This document shows, in pieces, positions 39,616 to 50,017 of a stretch of 64,000 bases of DNA. Source of the DNA: Nitrosopumilaceae archaeon. Its GTDB lineage: Archaea; Thermoproteota; Nitrososphaeria; Nitrososphaerales; Nitrosopumilaceae. The first letter of the stretch is position 1. Every line of letters begins with the position of its first letter. Under the pieces are notes generated by a model, which did no database searches, was not told the origin of the DNA, and saw nothing but the letters and a program-made list of their open reading frames with translations. The position numbers and the translations under genes were made by a program. Where the stretch lies: the NCBI GenBank assembly GCA_965214835.1, contig CBDCCK010000002.1, positions 2,496,001-2,560,000 of the forward strand, in the 5' to 3' direction.

Positions 39616-39642
39616 CGCCAGAGTACGGCATGAATCTGTCTT

Positions 39643-40953
39643 ATGATTGGAACAGAGCTAGGTGATCTTAGAAGGACGCACTATTCAAGCGGGCTGAACC
39701 CCTCCCTTGAGGGCCAGGACGTCACCGTAATGGGGTGGGTCTTGAGTGTGAGGGGCCATGGAAACATCTCGTTTCTCAACATCAGGGACAAAGACGGACA
39801 AGTCCAGGTCGTTGCAAAAAAGGGGGCATGTCCGGATGACGTGCGTGAAAAAATCTCAAGGCTAAAGGCGCACTCGGCAGTCAGCATCACCGGCAGGGTA
39901 CAGGCATCCGAAAAGGCCCCGGGCGGCATCGAGTTGTCACCCGAAGAGCTGAGGGTGTTCTCCGAGGTGGTCAAGATCCCCCCGTTTGAACCCCAAGCAA
40001 GGACCGTAAAGAACATCGATACGCGCCTGGAGGTCAGGCCGATTGATCTCCGCAGGCAGGCGCTGCGGCACATCTTCAATGCAAGAAGCATGGTACTAAA
40101 ATCAATACGGGACTATTTCTACGGCAGCGCCTTTATCGAGATCAACACACCGAAGATTATCTCCAGTGCGACCGAGGGCGGCGCGGCGCTGTTCCCGATA
40201 TTTTATTACAACAAGCAGGCCTTCCTGGCCCAGAGCCCGCAGCTGTACAAGGAGGAGCTGACGATGAGCTTTGAGAAGGTGTTTGAGATAGCCCCGATAT
40301 TTCGGGCAGAACCGTCCAGAACCAACCGGCACCTGGCCGAGGCGATCTCAATCGACATGGAGGAGGCATTTGTGGACTATAATGACATCATGGACAGGAT
40401 CGAGGAGATCATCTGCACTGCGGCAAAATCGGTGTCTGACTATGTCAGGGATAACGCCGATGCGGAGTTTGTGGTGCCATCAGCTCAAGAGTCCATTCCA
40501 AGATACCCGTATGCGGATCTGGTGGACAGGATGCAAAAGGCAGGCGTCAATACGGAGTTCGGCGATGATCTGTACCCGTCAGGCCTGAAAAAGATCGGCC
40601 TTGAGGGGTTTTACTTTATCAAGGACTGGCCCCGGGGACCAAAGCCGTTTTATGTCAAGGCAAGCGCGTCTGATGCAAGGATCTCCGAGTCCTTTGATCT
40701 GATGTTCGGCGACCTCGAGCTGTCCTCTGGCAGCACCAGGATTGAAAAGCGAGACGAGCTGGAGGAGAGGATGAAAAACAAGGGCATGAAGACGGACATG
40801 TTTGGGTATCACTTTGGTGCGTTTGATTATGGCGTTCCACCCCATGCAGGTTGCGGAATCGGCCTGGAGCGCCTCATGATGGCCCTGACGGGCACGGAAA
40901 ACATACGCGACGTGACGTTTTATCCAAGGGACGTGGACAGACTGGTGCCATAG
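39643..40953 (+). CDS. aspS: Aspartate-tRNA(Asp/Asn) ligase, archaeal, probably non-discriminating
   Basis: RRTHYS, ATEGGA, LAQSPQLYK, FRAE, ELSSGSTR, PPHAGCGIGLERL, YPRD; in an operon with gatCAB. Confidence 0.95.
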   Translation: MIGTELGDLRRTHYSSGLNPSLEGQDVTVMGWVLSVRGHGNISFLNIRDKDGQVQVVAKKGACPDDVREKISRLKAHSAVSITGRVQASEKAPGGIELSPEELRVFSEVVKIPPFEPQARTVKNIDTRLEVRPIDLRRQALRHIFNARSMVLKSIRDYFYGSAFIEINTPKIISSATEGGAALFPIFYYNKQAFLAQSPQLYKEELTMSFEKVFEIAPIFRAEPSRTNRHLAEAISIDMEEAFVDYNDIMDRIEEIICTAAKSVSDYVRDNADAEFVVPSAQESIPRYPYADLVDRMQKAGVNTEFGDDLYPSGLKKIGLEGFYFIKDWPRGPKPFYVKASASDARISESFDLMFGDLELSSGSTRIEKRDELEERMKNKGMKTDMFGYHFGAFDYGVPPHAGCGIGLERLMMALTGTENIRDVTFYPRDVDRLVP

Positions 40954-40961
40954 GTGAGATA

Positions 40962-41228
40962 ATGGTTTCCAGAGAGGAGATAGAGAAGGTGGCCGGGCTG
41001 ATGAGGATCGAGCTGTCCGATCACTCTGATCATATCGAGCGCGTTCAAAAGATGCTGGCATACTTTGACATCCTGGACAAGGCCGGGGTGGAAGACCAGG
41101 AGATCACCGGGCAGGAGCTGGCCGTTGACCGGCTGCGCGGGGACGAGCATGTTGAGTATCCTGACAGGCTGATTGAGAAAATCAACAACTACAAGGGAAC
41201 CTTTGTCAGAGCACCCAAGATGATGTGA
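40962..41228 (+). CDS. gatC: Asp-tRNA(Asn) amidotransferase subunit C
   Basis: EEIEKVAGLMRIEL...LRGD...FVRAPKM; GGTGA upstream; gene position. Confidence 0.88.
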   Translation: MVSREEIEKVAGLMRIELSDHSDHIERVQKMLAYFDILDKAGVEDQEITGQELAVDRLRGDEHVEYPDRLIEKINNYKGTFVRAPKMM

Positions 41229-42671
41229 TTGGACCTAGGAATCTCTGCCCTCAGATACGTCGAAGAGGTAAAGTCGGGAGGCTTTACCGTCGAGGAGTTT
41301 GTCTCTGCAACGCTGGATCACATCAGGAGGCACGAAAGGCTGCACGCCTACCTCAGCGTCGACGAAAAGTCAGTAGAGCGGGCCCGCAGCATAGACAGGA
41401 AAATCAGGGCAGGGGAGCGGGTCGGCGCGTGCTACGGCATGCCCATATCCGTAAAGGACAACATCTGCATCCGCGACACCCCGACGACCTGCGCATCTCG
41501 GGTTCTAGAGGACTATGTGGCGCCGTATGACGCCACGGCAGTCTCAAGGCTTCGATCGGAGGACGCCATATTCGTCGGAAAGACGAACCTTGACGAGTTT
41601 GCCATGGGCCTGACCACCGAGTTTAGCGCCTACGGGCCCAGCCTCAACCCGTGGAATACGGACTGCGTTCCGGGTGGCTCGTCGGGTGGCAGCGCCGTTG
41701 CGGTGGCCGCCAACGAGTGCGCCGCATCCCTGGGATCCGACACGGGGGGCTCTGTCAGAAACCCCGCCAGCTTTTGCGGGGTCGTCGGATACAAGCCGAC
41801 CTACGGTCTGGTAAGCAGGTACGGCCTCATATCGTATGCCAACAGCATAGAGCAGATAGGACCCCTGGCAAGGACCGTCGAGGACGCCGCGTTTCTTCTG
41901 AACGTGATTTCCGGGCAGGATCCCAATGACAACACCACCGTGGATGGCAGGCAGGCAGACTATCTGGACGGAATCGACGCCGGAGTCGAGGGCAAGACGT
42001 TTGGAGTGGTCAGGGAGATGCTGGGCCACGGTGCAGACGGCAGGGTCGTAAGATCGACGAGGCAGGCGGCGGCCAGCCTAGAAAAGATGGGCGCGGCATG
42101 CACGGAGATCTCCCTGGACATGGTGGACTATTCTGTCGCCGCATACTATACGATAACTGCCACCGAGGCCGGAAGCAACCTGGCAAGGTACGACAACCTG
42201 CGCTACGGCTTTGACTTTCCGGTGGAGGGGTACGAGTACAACTCGTACATCTCAAAGGCAAGGAGCCGGTTCGGGCCGGAGGTGACCCGCAGGATGATCC
42301 TGGGTGGGTTCGTCCCGTCTGCAGGACACGCCGGAAGGTACTTTCTCAAGGCCCTGAAGGTGAAAAGCAAGCTGACCCGGGAGGTTGCAGAGGCGTTCAA
42401 GACCGTTGACTTTTTGCTGTCGCCTACCGTGCCCGTCCTGCCCTTCAGGCTGGGCTCAAAGATAGACGATCCCGTGGCGATGTTTCTGGTCGACATCAAC
42501 ACCATCACCGCAAACCTTACGGGCAAGCCCGCCGTCTCCGTGCCCTTTGACGTCATAGACGGCCTGCCCGTCGGGATGCAGATCATGGGACGTGCGATGG
42601 ACGACAAGTCCGTGTTGCAGGCAGCATATGCGCTGCAGGGTGCCGCAAAGCTGCCGGAGGTGCCACTGTGA
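41229..42671 (+). CDS. gatA: Amidotransferase subunit A
   Basis: VKDNI, GKTNLDEFAMG, PGGSSGGSA, GSDTGGSVR amidase signature. Confidence 0.95.
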   Translation: MDLGISALRYVEEVKSGGFTVEEFVSATLDHIRRHERLHAYLSVDEKSVERARSIDRKIRAGERVGACYGMPISVKDNICIRDTPTTCASRVLEDYVAPYDATAVSRLRSEDAIFVGKTNLDEFAMGLTTEFSAYGPSLNPWNTDCVPGGSSGGSAVAVAANECAASLGSDTGGSVRNPASFCGVVGYKPTYGLVSRYGLISYANSIEQIGPLARTVEDAAFLLNVISGQDPNDNTTVDGRQADYLDGIDAGVEGKTFGVVREMLGHGADGRVVRSTRQAAASLEKMGAACTEISLDMVDYSVAAYYTITATEAGSNLARYDNLRYGFDFPVEGYEYNSYISKARSRFGPEVTRRMILGGFVPSAGHAGRYFLKALKVKSKLTREVAEAFKTVDFLLSPTVPVLPFRLGSKIDDPVAMFLVDINTITANLTGKPAVSVPFDVIDGLPVGMQIMGRAMDDKSVLQAAYALQGAAKLPEVPL

Positions 42672-44077
42672 CCAGGATCGGACTGGAGATCCACTGCCAG
42701 CTGACCAGCCTCAACAGCAAGCTGTTCTGCCCGTGCAAGGCAGACTACCGGGGCTGTGGGCCCAACACGAACGTCTGCCCAATCTGCCTGGGGCTTCCCG
42801 GTACCCTGCCCCGGCTGAACAGGGAGGCAGTCAAAAAGGCCATAGCCATAGCCGGGGCGCTAGGCTGCGCGACCCCAGAGAGGATTGCGTTTTTTAGGAA
42901 GAACTACTTTTATCCGGATCTTCCAAAGAACTTCCAGATTACCCAGCTGAACGCCTACGGGGATGCCAGCATCGGCGGCAGTGGCAGGGTGTCTGTGGGG
43001 GACCGCAAGATCCGAATCCGCAGGGTTCAGCTCGAGGAGGATCCCGGGCGGCTGGTTTACGAGGGCGCCTCTGAGAAGACCCGGATTACGCTGGTCGACT
43101 ATAACCGCGCGGGCACTCCGCTAGTCGAGATTGTCACAGAGCCCGACTTTGAGGATCCGCGCGAGGTTCGGCTGTTCCTCAACATCCTGTCTGACCTGCT
43201 GGAAAACCTCGGGGTCTCGGATCCGGGACTGGAGGGGGCCATGAGGGCAGACGGCAACGTCTCAATCGAGGGCGGGCCCAAGGTCGAAATCAAGAACATC
43301 AGCTCCTTTCATGACCTGGAAAAGGCGCTGGACTACGAGCTGGTCAGGCAGGGCAGCCTCGCCTCCAGGGGCATTGCCGTCGACCAGGAGACGCGCCACT
43401 GGGACGAGGGGCGAAAGGTCACGGTTCCGGCAAGAGGCAAGGAGGAGGACATGGACTATAGGTACTTTCTGGAGGGCGACATTCCATGGATATCCATTGA
43501 TCCGGGCACGCTGGAAAGAATCCGGGAGGACATGCCGGAGAGCATAAGCTCCAGAAAGGAGAGGTACGTATCAGACTATGGCATCGCCCCCCAGGTCGCC
43601 GACGTGCTGTCCTCGGACAGGTTCTACTCGGATCTGTTTGAAAGGTCGCACAGCAGGGAGAATGCAAAGGAGATTGCCAACATGATTACCACCGACGTCA
43701 TGGGCCTGGTGGACACGAAGGAAAAGCGCAAAGAGTCAAAGCTTGCCCCCGCGCACCTCTCTGAGCTGGCCACAGCCATGAGGCAAAACTCGATCTCCAG
43801 AAGCTCCGCAAAGCGTGCGCTCTACGAGATGGTCATGACGGGCGAGTCGCTGGGGGACATAGTAAGGAGGCTGAACCTGGGAGGCGTATCGGATGCCTCG
43901 GAGCTAGAAAGGATGGTATCCGAGGTGGTCTCAGAGGAGCCCGAGGCAGTAGAGGGGGTAAAATCCAACCCGCAGGCGATAAACTACCTAGTGGGACAGG
44001 TCATGAAAAAAAGCGGCGGAAGGGCCGATCCAAAGGCGACGCTGGATCTGCTCAAGGAGAGGATTTCAGATCCATGA
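42668..44077 (+). CDS. gatB: Amidotransferase subunit B
   Basis: IGLEIHCQL, RKNYFYPDLPKNFQITQ, LEED, DYNRAGTPLVEIVTEPD. Confidence 0.95.
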   Translation: MTRIGLEIHCQLTSLNSKLFCPCKADYRGCGPNTNVCPICLGLPGTLPRLNREAVKKAIAIAGALGCATPERIAFFRKNYFYPDLPKNFQITQLNAYGDASIGGSGRVSVGDRKIRIRRVQLEEDPGRLVYEGASEKTRITLVDYNRAGTPLVEIVTEPDFEDPREVRLFLNILSDLLENLGVSDPGLEGAMRADGNVSIEGGPKVEIKNISSFHDLEKALDYELVRQGSLASRGIAVDQETRHWDEGRKVTVPARGKEEDMDYRYFLEGDIPWISIDPGTLERIREDMPESISSRKERYVSDYGIAPQVADVLSSDRFYSDLFERSHSRENAKEIANMITTDVMGLVDTKEKRKESKLAPAHLSELATAMRQNSISRSSAKRALYEMVMTGESLGDIVRRLNLGGVSDASELERMVSEVVSEEPEAVEGVKSNPQAINYLVGQVMKKSGGRADPKATLDLLKERISDP

Positions 44078-44258
44078 TCGACTTTGCCGGACTGAGCCCG
44101 GAGGAAAGGGAGGTCGTCTCCGTCGTGGCAAGGCTTGAGGCGGTACTGCCTGAGGCGCCTGATGCGCACTCCCTAGAGGACATCAAGGCAAGGGCGGGAG
44201 AGGCGCTGACCGGCTACCGGGGTTGTCGCCTAATTCATCAGAATTCCTGAAAACCATT

Positions 44259-45976
44259 AGACCTTATGCGTAATCGACCGGATCGAAATATTCCGACGGT
44301 GGCCGGCCATACATGCAAGGCTGACGGCATCACATGACGTGTATGAGGGCGGCAGAGTCCGTATATAGTGCAGCTACGAGCCATTACAGCTGGTAAAAAC
44401 TACAGTATAGTGCGGCATCGTGTGGCGCCGCAATGCGCTCCGTATCGTGGTATCAGAACCCATGCATGAGCTTCTTGTTCCGCTTGTCCCACAGCAGCCT
44501 AAAGTTGGCAAGCCCGGCCGTCACCTGGAACTCCCTGTCGAACTCCTCGGCGGTCCCGTCGTACGGATCACGCATCCGCTTGTACTGCTTTATCCGTCCT
44601 ATGGCGTGCTCTACTGTCACCCTCTTGCTGCTTATCCTCCTGTTCTGCGCTTTCTGTTTCTTTGTAAGCTTGCCTTTCCTTGGCTTCTTGTCGGGCTGCA
44701 CGGATGTGGCCCCGGGATACACCTCCTCGATTCCCATGTATCCCAGATCAGAGAACATCTTTACCTTCTCGTCCTCGGGGTGCTTTCTGTTGCTGCGCAT
44801 CCTGGCAGTCAGGATTCCCAGATCCGGTGGGTTGTTCTTTATCATGGTGAGGTCGTGCGTGCTTCCGGGCGCCGACTTGCTTGCATACATCGCCAGTCCC
44901 TTCTTGTCGGCAATCACCTGGGTGTTGCGCGTAAAGCTCTTCTTCTTGCCAGAGTATGCCTCCTTTCTTGGCTCCTTGTCTGTGGGGCGCTGTATGTCGA
45001 TGTGCGTGCCGTCTACAATCACGGTCAGATCCGGGACGATCTTCTTGACTTCCTTGATCGTGCGGGCGTTTTGTATCTTTCGCGATACGGCGTCCGGCGT
45101 GGGCAGTATCTTGGTGAATATCATGTCGCAATACCTGAGGTACCTGCATACGGTGCTCTGGTCTATGCCAAAGAATGCCGCAAGCTGCTCCTGTGTCGGG
45201 TTTCCGTACTTGCGCATCAGCGACATCAGCAGGGCGTGGCGGTAGGACAGCTTGCACCGGTTTCCGGGCAAGTTGTCCTCGTCTTCTGAGAACAGGGGGC
45301 CTTCTGTGTGCTTTTTGGCAAGCTTCGTAAACCGGTCATATATGTAGTCAAACTGGCGGAGGTTCATCGACGTGGTGGGCTGCAGGGACCCGCCACCGAT
45401 TATGTCATCGAGCACCTCGAGCCTGTGCATGAGGGCGGCGTTGTCCGCGGAGCGCCTGTCGTCATCCCAGGTTGCGGGCCACATCCGGCGCTCGGCGTCC
45501 AGCTGCTGTTCCAGCTGCCCTATCCTCTCCTGATCCCGCTCCTGCCTCCTGCCGTCCTGCCTGCTCTTCTTCTCGTACTCTCTGATCTCCTTCCTGTACT
45601 GCATCCTCTCCGTCCTGTCCCGCGCCTTCTCCTTCCTGTCCTGCCTGCTCTTCTTCTCGTGCCTCTTGATCCTCTTCTCATACTTCTTGATCTTCTTTTT
45701 GTCCCGCGCCTTCTCCTTCCTGTCCTGTACCTTCTCCTTCTCGTACTGCTCGATTCTCTTCTTCAGCAGTCGTATCTGCTCGGTCTCGGACTTTGCCATT
45801 ACTCTTATGCGAGAATGGATCCCGGATCTAAATCAATCGTCTGAAAATAGTTGTGGTTTTGATCAAATATTTTCAACGTTGTAAGGTACAGTCGCGCGTG
45901 CGCCGGCCCTGACTTGCCTCATTTGTAGCCCGTGCGCCGGGGGCATCGCCGCTAATTTCGTTTACGCATAAGGTCT
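44259..45976 (-). mobile_element. IS5-family (ISL2-like) element, copy 2
   Basis: Same TIRs and length as 27083-28800; 3-bp TSD ATT. Confidence 0.92.
44453..45799 (-). CDS. IS5/ISL2 DDE transposase
   Basis: Differs from 27277-28623 at three residues. Confidence 0.9.
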   Translation of the reverse strand: MAKSETEQIRLLKKRIEQYEKEKVQDRKEKARDKKKIKKYEKRIKRHEKKSRQDRKEKARDRTERMQYRKEIREYEKKSRQDGRRQERDQERIGQLEQQLDAERRMWPATWDDDRRSADNAALMHRLEVLDDIIGGGSLQPTTSMNLRQFDYIYDRFTKLAKKHTEGPLFSEDEDNLPGNRCKLSYRHALLMSLMRKYGNPTQEQLAAFFGIDQSTVCRYLRYCDMIFTKILPTPDAVSRKIQNARTIKEVKKIVPDLTVIVDGTHIDIQRPTDKEPRKEAYSGKKKSFTRNTQVIADKKGLAMYASKSAPGSTHDLTMIKNNPPDLGILTARMRSNRKHPEDEKVKMFSDLGYMGIEEVYPGATSVQPDKKPRKGKLTKKQKAQNRRISSKRVTVEHAIGRIKQYKRMRDPYDGTAEEFDREFQVTAGLANFRLLWDKRNKKLMHGF

Positions 45977-46339
45977 ATTGAGTTGCCATATGGATCAGGC
46001 GTGTAAAAGGGCGGGAATTCAGAAAAACGTGCAGATTGAGTCAAATAAGTGGAATTAGGCGACAACCCCCCGGCTACCACAAGGATCACACGCAGATGAC
46101 AAGCTCCGGATGGTTCAAAAGGTTCGAGGATGCCGGAATCACCGAGGAGGAGGGAAAGTCCGCAATCTCCTGCGCAAGAAGAATCGGCATCGACATAGGA
46201 TAGGCACAGGCCGCCTTTGTGCCTGCCTTGCAGGTACCCACGGGCACCTGCCGTGATCCCCCGGTGGATCCACCCGGCTGCTGTGGGCCCCAGCGCCTCC
46301 CGGACTTAGATTTTTTAGCCCGGGCTCTTTTACAGTATC

Positions 46340-48265
46340 ATGTCGTTTGAGTTTGTCCCGACAGAGGAGCAGGCAAAAAACTCAAACATATACCGCTTTA
46401 TGCAAAAACACGGCATAGCGACGCTGGACGAGCTGTCAGAAAGGGCCAGGTCTGACCTGTCCTGGTACTGGGAGGCGGTAAGCGAGGATGTCGGGATTGT
46501 CTGGGACAGGCGGTACTCGAGGGTGCTGGACACCTCGCGTGGGAACGCTTGGCCGGAATGGTTCGTCGGCGGACGCACCAACATTGCAAGATCATCGCTT
46601 GAGAGGTTTGCCGGCAGGACTCCCGAAAAAACGGCATACTGCTTTGTGTCAGAGTCTGGGAGGGAGGCAAGGGTGTCGTATTCCGAGCTGAACCGGGAGG
46701 TGAGCATGCTGGCCAACGCCCTGAGGGGCCTGGGGATAAAAAAGGGGGACGTGGTGGGCATCTTCATGCCGATGATGAGGGAGGCATTCGCCGCGATACT
46801 GGCATGTGCCAAGATCGGCGCCGTCCAGACGGTGATTTTTTCAGGATACAGCTCGGACTCGCTTCACACCAGGCTGCGCGACTGTGGGGCAAGGGTGCTG
46901 TTCACAAGCGACGGGTTCAGGCGACGGGGCAGGAACGTATCACAGAAGGACGCCGTACTGGACGCAATAAAAAACACCGCAGTCGAGAGGGTCATCGTTG
47001 CAGAGTATGAGGGCATAGACTCCCATGACCGGCCCGACTTTGTCTCGTATTCCGAGCTGATCTCCGGACAGCCAGAGACATGCGAGTCCGTGGCCATGGA
47101 CTCGGGGGATCCGCTATTCATCCTGTACACGTCGGGCACCACCGGGAGTCCCAAGGGAGTCGTGCACTCTCATGGCGGCTTTTCTGTGTTTGCAGGGCAC
47201 CAGGCCGCATACCCGATAGACCTTACGCCTGATGATGTCCTGTTCTGGCCTGCAGACATTGGGTGGATAACGGGACTGGTGTGGAACGTCTACGGGATGC
47301 TGATGATGGGCGGAACCGCTGTTCTCTATGACGGGGCGCTGGACCACCCCGATCATTGTAGAGTCTGGAGGCTGCTGGAAAAGCACAATGTGACAATCTT
47401 TGGAATATCGCCGACTGCGGTACGGATGTTCAAAAAGAACAACGTCGAGCCCAGAGCGCTTGCAGACTTGGGCAGGATCAAGAACATGCCGACGACGGGG
47501 GAGCCCATCGACGAGGATTCCTGGCACTGGCTGTTTGAGAAGGTAGGCGGCAGGAAAATCCCGATCATGAACCTGTCGGGGGGTACGGAGATTGGCGGCG
47601 CAATGCTTTCGGTGTTTCCGGGCATGAGGCTCAAGCCATGCACGGTGGGAATCCCGTGTCCCGGCATCGATCTGGATGTCCTTGACGACGAGCAAAGGCC
47701 GGTCAGCAATGAAAAGGGATACCTGGTGATAAAGTCGCCGTGGCCTGCGATGACCAGGGGCCTGCTAAATGACAACCAAAGGTACCTGGATACGTACTGG
47801 TCGAGGTTTGATGATGCCTGGTTTCACGGCGACTATGTCCTGCGCGACGGGGACGGGCTGTGGTACATGCTGGGACGCGTAGATGACGTCATCAACGTAT
47901 CAGGACACAGGCTGAGCACCGCGGAGATAGAGCAGGCAGTAATCGCGCATGAGAAGGTCTCCGATGCGGCGTCGATCTCCATACATGATGAGATCACCGG
48001 GGAGGCCATCGTGGTCTATGTCGTGCCCGAGGATCGGTTCAGAGACGACGACATCGGCGGCGAGATCACAAGGCACGTGTCTGAGACAATCGGAAAGCTC
48101 GCCCGCCCAAAGCACGTCTGCGTGGTATCGGATCTGCCAAAAACAAGAACCGGCAAGATCATGAGGAGGCTGCTCAAGGCAAAGGCTTCAGGCAGGCCCC
48201 TCGGAGACACGTCGTCGCTGGACAACCCGGGCGTGCTAGACGAAATCCCGAGGCTGGGTCGATAA
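46340..48265 (+). CDS. acs: Acetyl-CoA synthetase-like AMP-forming acyl-CoA ligase
   Basis: LYTSGTTGSPKG, ADIGWITG, GGTEIG, GRVDDVINVSGHRL, PKTRTGKIMRR. Confidence 0.85.
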   Translation: MSFEFVPTEEQAKNSNIYRFMQKHGIATLDELSERARSDLSWYWEAVSEDVGIVWDRRYSRVLDTSRGNAWPEWFVGGRTNIARSSLERFAGRTPEKTAYCFVSESGREARVSYSELNREVSMLANALRGLGIKKGDVVGIFMPMMREAFAAILACAKIGAVQTVIFSGYSSDSLHTRLRDCGARVLFTSDGFRRRGRNVSQKDAVLDAIKNTAVERVIVAEYEGIDSHDRPDFVSYSELISGQPETCESVAMDSGDPLFILYTSGTTGSPKGVVHSHGGFSVFAGHQAAYPIDLTPDDVLFWPADIGWITGLVWNVYGMLMMGGTAVLYDGALDHPDHCRVWRLLEKHNVTIFGISPTAVRMFKKNNVEPRALADLGRIKNMPTTGEPIDEDSWHWLFEKVGGRKIPIMNLSGGTEIGGAMLSVFPGMRLKPCTVGIPCPGIDLDVLDDEQRPVSNEKGYLVIKSPWPAMTRGLLNDNQRYLDTYWSRFDDAWFHGDYVLRDGDGLWYMLGRVDDVINVSGHRLSTAEIEQAVIAHEKVSDAASISIHDEITGEAIVVYVVPEDRFRDDDIGGEITRHVSETIGKLARPKHVCVVSDLPKTRTGKIMRRLLKAKASGRPLGDTSSLDNPGVLDEIPRLGR

Positions 48266-48330
48266 TTTCTCACCCCGCGATACAGTAGTTTTGTCCTGCC
48301 GGGCTTTATTGCAAGCCAAGACTAGACAAT

Positions 48331-49671
48331 GTGAAGCTCCTGGTAGACCAGAACGTAGAGGACATAGAGATGCCAGAGAACCTCAAGCTGAACACGTTCC
48401 TGCAGGAATTTCACTCAAACTGCCCGAGTATCGAGTGCGGCTTTGGATTCTACGGCTTTGCATTCGGCCAGTCGCCGTTTCCGGTGCCGCAGATCATGCA
48501 GAACGCGCTGATGGACAACGCAGGCCAGGGCACGTATGCGCCGGTTGCCGGAATCACCCGGCTGCGCGAGGCAATCTCAAAGTACAACAGGCACTATTTT
48601 GACATCGACGTTGATCCAAGCAGGATCTACGTCGGTCCGGGCACCAAGGAGCTGATCTACAACCTGCTTGAAACATTGCACGGAACCGTCATACTGCCGA
48701 CGCCCGCATGGCTGGGATACCTGCCGCAGATCAGGTTCCTGAGGAAAAACTACCACATGCTGCCTGCTGGCAGCAGCCACAAGATATCCCCAGACGAGCT
48801 GGAAAGGCTGGCGCTGAGGCTGCAGGACAGGCAGAAGATACTGATCCTCAACAACCCTAACAACCCCACGGGCCTAGTCTATGACAGGCTGGAGCTGGAG
48901 GAAATCGCAGACGTCTGCAGAAGGCACAACATCGTGGTGATTTCAGACGAGATTTACGCACAGACGACATATGACTTTAAAAAATTCGTGACGATGGCCA
49001 AGATTTATCCGGAGGGAACCTTTGTCACAAACGGGCTGTCAAAGTCGCACGCCGCCGGAGGATACAGGCTTGGATACGTCATCGTCCCGCAGCATGCAAT
49101 CGAGATGAAGAGGCAGTTCAAGAAGATTCTGGCCGCAGAATACACCGCGGTATCGACGCCGATCCAGCACGCCGCAGTCGCGGGATTTGAGCCCTGCACC
49201 GAGATGGACCAGTATTTTCTGATAACGCGAAAGATCCACGAGATCATGGGGCAGTACGCGTATGACGCGCTAAGCGCAATAGACGGGGTAGCCGCCACAA
49301 GGCCGGAGGCCACGTTTTACCTGCTTGCCGACTTTAACCACTTTGCGCCTGACTTTGAGCGGGCAAGGATCAGGACGGCGCAGAAGCTCTCCGAGTCACT
49401 CATAGTCCACCCGTATCACACCGCAATCGTTGGGGGCGACAGCCTGGTGCTGGAGAGGACCGACTATAGTGCAAGGATCGCCTTTGTCGACTATGACGGC
49501 GCAGGCGCGTATCGCAACTATGTGAAAAACACCCCAAAGACGCGCTCTGAGAGGACGGCGTTTGTTGCAGAAAACGCGCCAAGGCTGGCAAACGGAATCC
49601 GGGCAGTATGCCGCTTTATACATGATCTGCAGCCAGGCAGGTCAAGGGCAGAGATGCTTTTGATTCAATGA
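48331..49671 (+). CDS. Class I/II PLP-dependent aminotransferase
   Basis: NNPNNPTG, ISDEIY, GLSKSHAAGGYRLGY. Confidence 0.9.
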   Translation: MKLLVDQNVEDIEMPENLKLNTFLQEFHSNCPSIECGFGFYGFAFGQSPFPVPQIMQNALMDNAGQGTYAPVAGITRLREAISKYNRHYFDIDVDPSRIYVGPGTKELIYNLLETLHGTVILPTPAWLGYLPQIRFLRKNYHMLPAGSSHKISPDELERLALRLQDRQKILILNNPNNPTGLVYDRLELEEIADVCRRHNIVVISDEIYAQTTYDFKKFVTMAKIYPEGTFVTNGLSKSHAAGGYRLGYVIVPQHAIEMKRQFKKILAAEYTAVSTPIQHAAVAGFEPCTEMDQYFLITRKIHEIMGQYAYDALSAIDGVAATRPEATFYLLADFNHFAPDFERARIRTAQKLSESLIVHPYHTAIVGGDSLVLERTDYSARIAFVDYDGAGAYRNYVKNTPKTRSERTAFVAENAPRLANGIRAVCRFIHDLQPGRSRAEMLLIQ

Positions 49672-49868
49672 CTGCCGCCTTGGCGCCTGACCCTTCATGC
49701 CGGGCAACCGTGATTCCTCGCTTGGCGGATCCTGCATAACGCCTGGCTCTACGGCGCGAGGCCGCCTCCCATTGGGCAGCTGGATGCAAATCTGTACACC
49801 ATGTGGTTTTCATGCCTGGCCGGCAGGGTGGCATGAACCCATGCGCGGCCCGGCACCGGATTTTCATC

Positions 49869-49975
49869 GTAACGACTCGGGCTTGAAGTCTGGGCATGAA
49901 TTCTGTCATCCGAGTATCCCGATCGAGTGTAATCCGTGCCTAAAACCAGGAGTGGCCCTAGTGCGGGCTGTTGTT
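49869..49975 (-). mobile_element. Degenerate IS66-type MITE copy
   Basis: GTAACGACTCGGGCTTGAAGT...CGTGCCTAAAACCAGGAG. Confidence 0.5.
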
Positions 49976-50017
49976 TTTTACCCCCACTCCTGAATTTTGT
50001 GCCATGTGCTCATATGT

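Larger units (their letters stand above)
44219..46069 (+). mobile_element. IS256-type MITE (about 130 bp) with an IS5 nested inside
   Basis: TIR GGGGTTGTCGCCTAATT / AATTAGGCGACAACCCC; 9-bp TSD CCGGCTACC. Confidence 0.85.
44074..46203 (+). pseudogene. Small gene (89 aa) after gatB, disrupted by a nested MITE+IS5 insertion
   Basis: MIDFAGLS...ALTGY + HKDHTQM...RRIGIDIG* joins in frame after removing 44219-46078. Confidence 0.8.
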
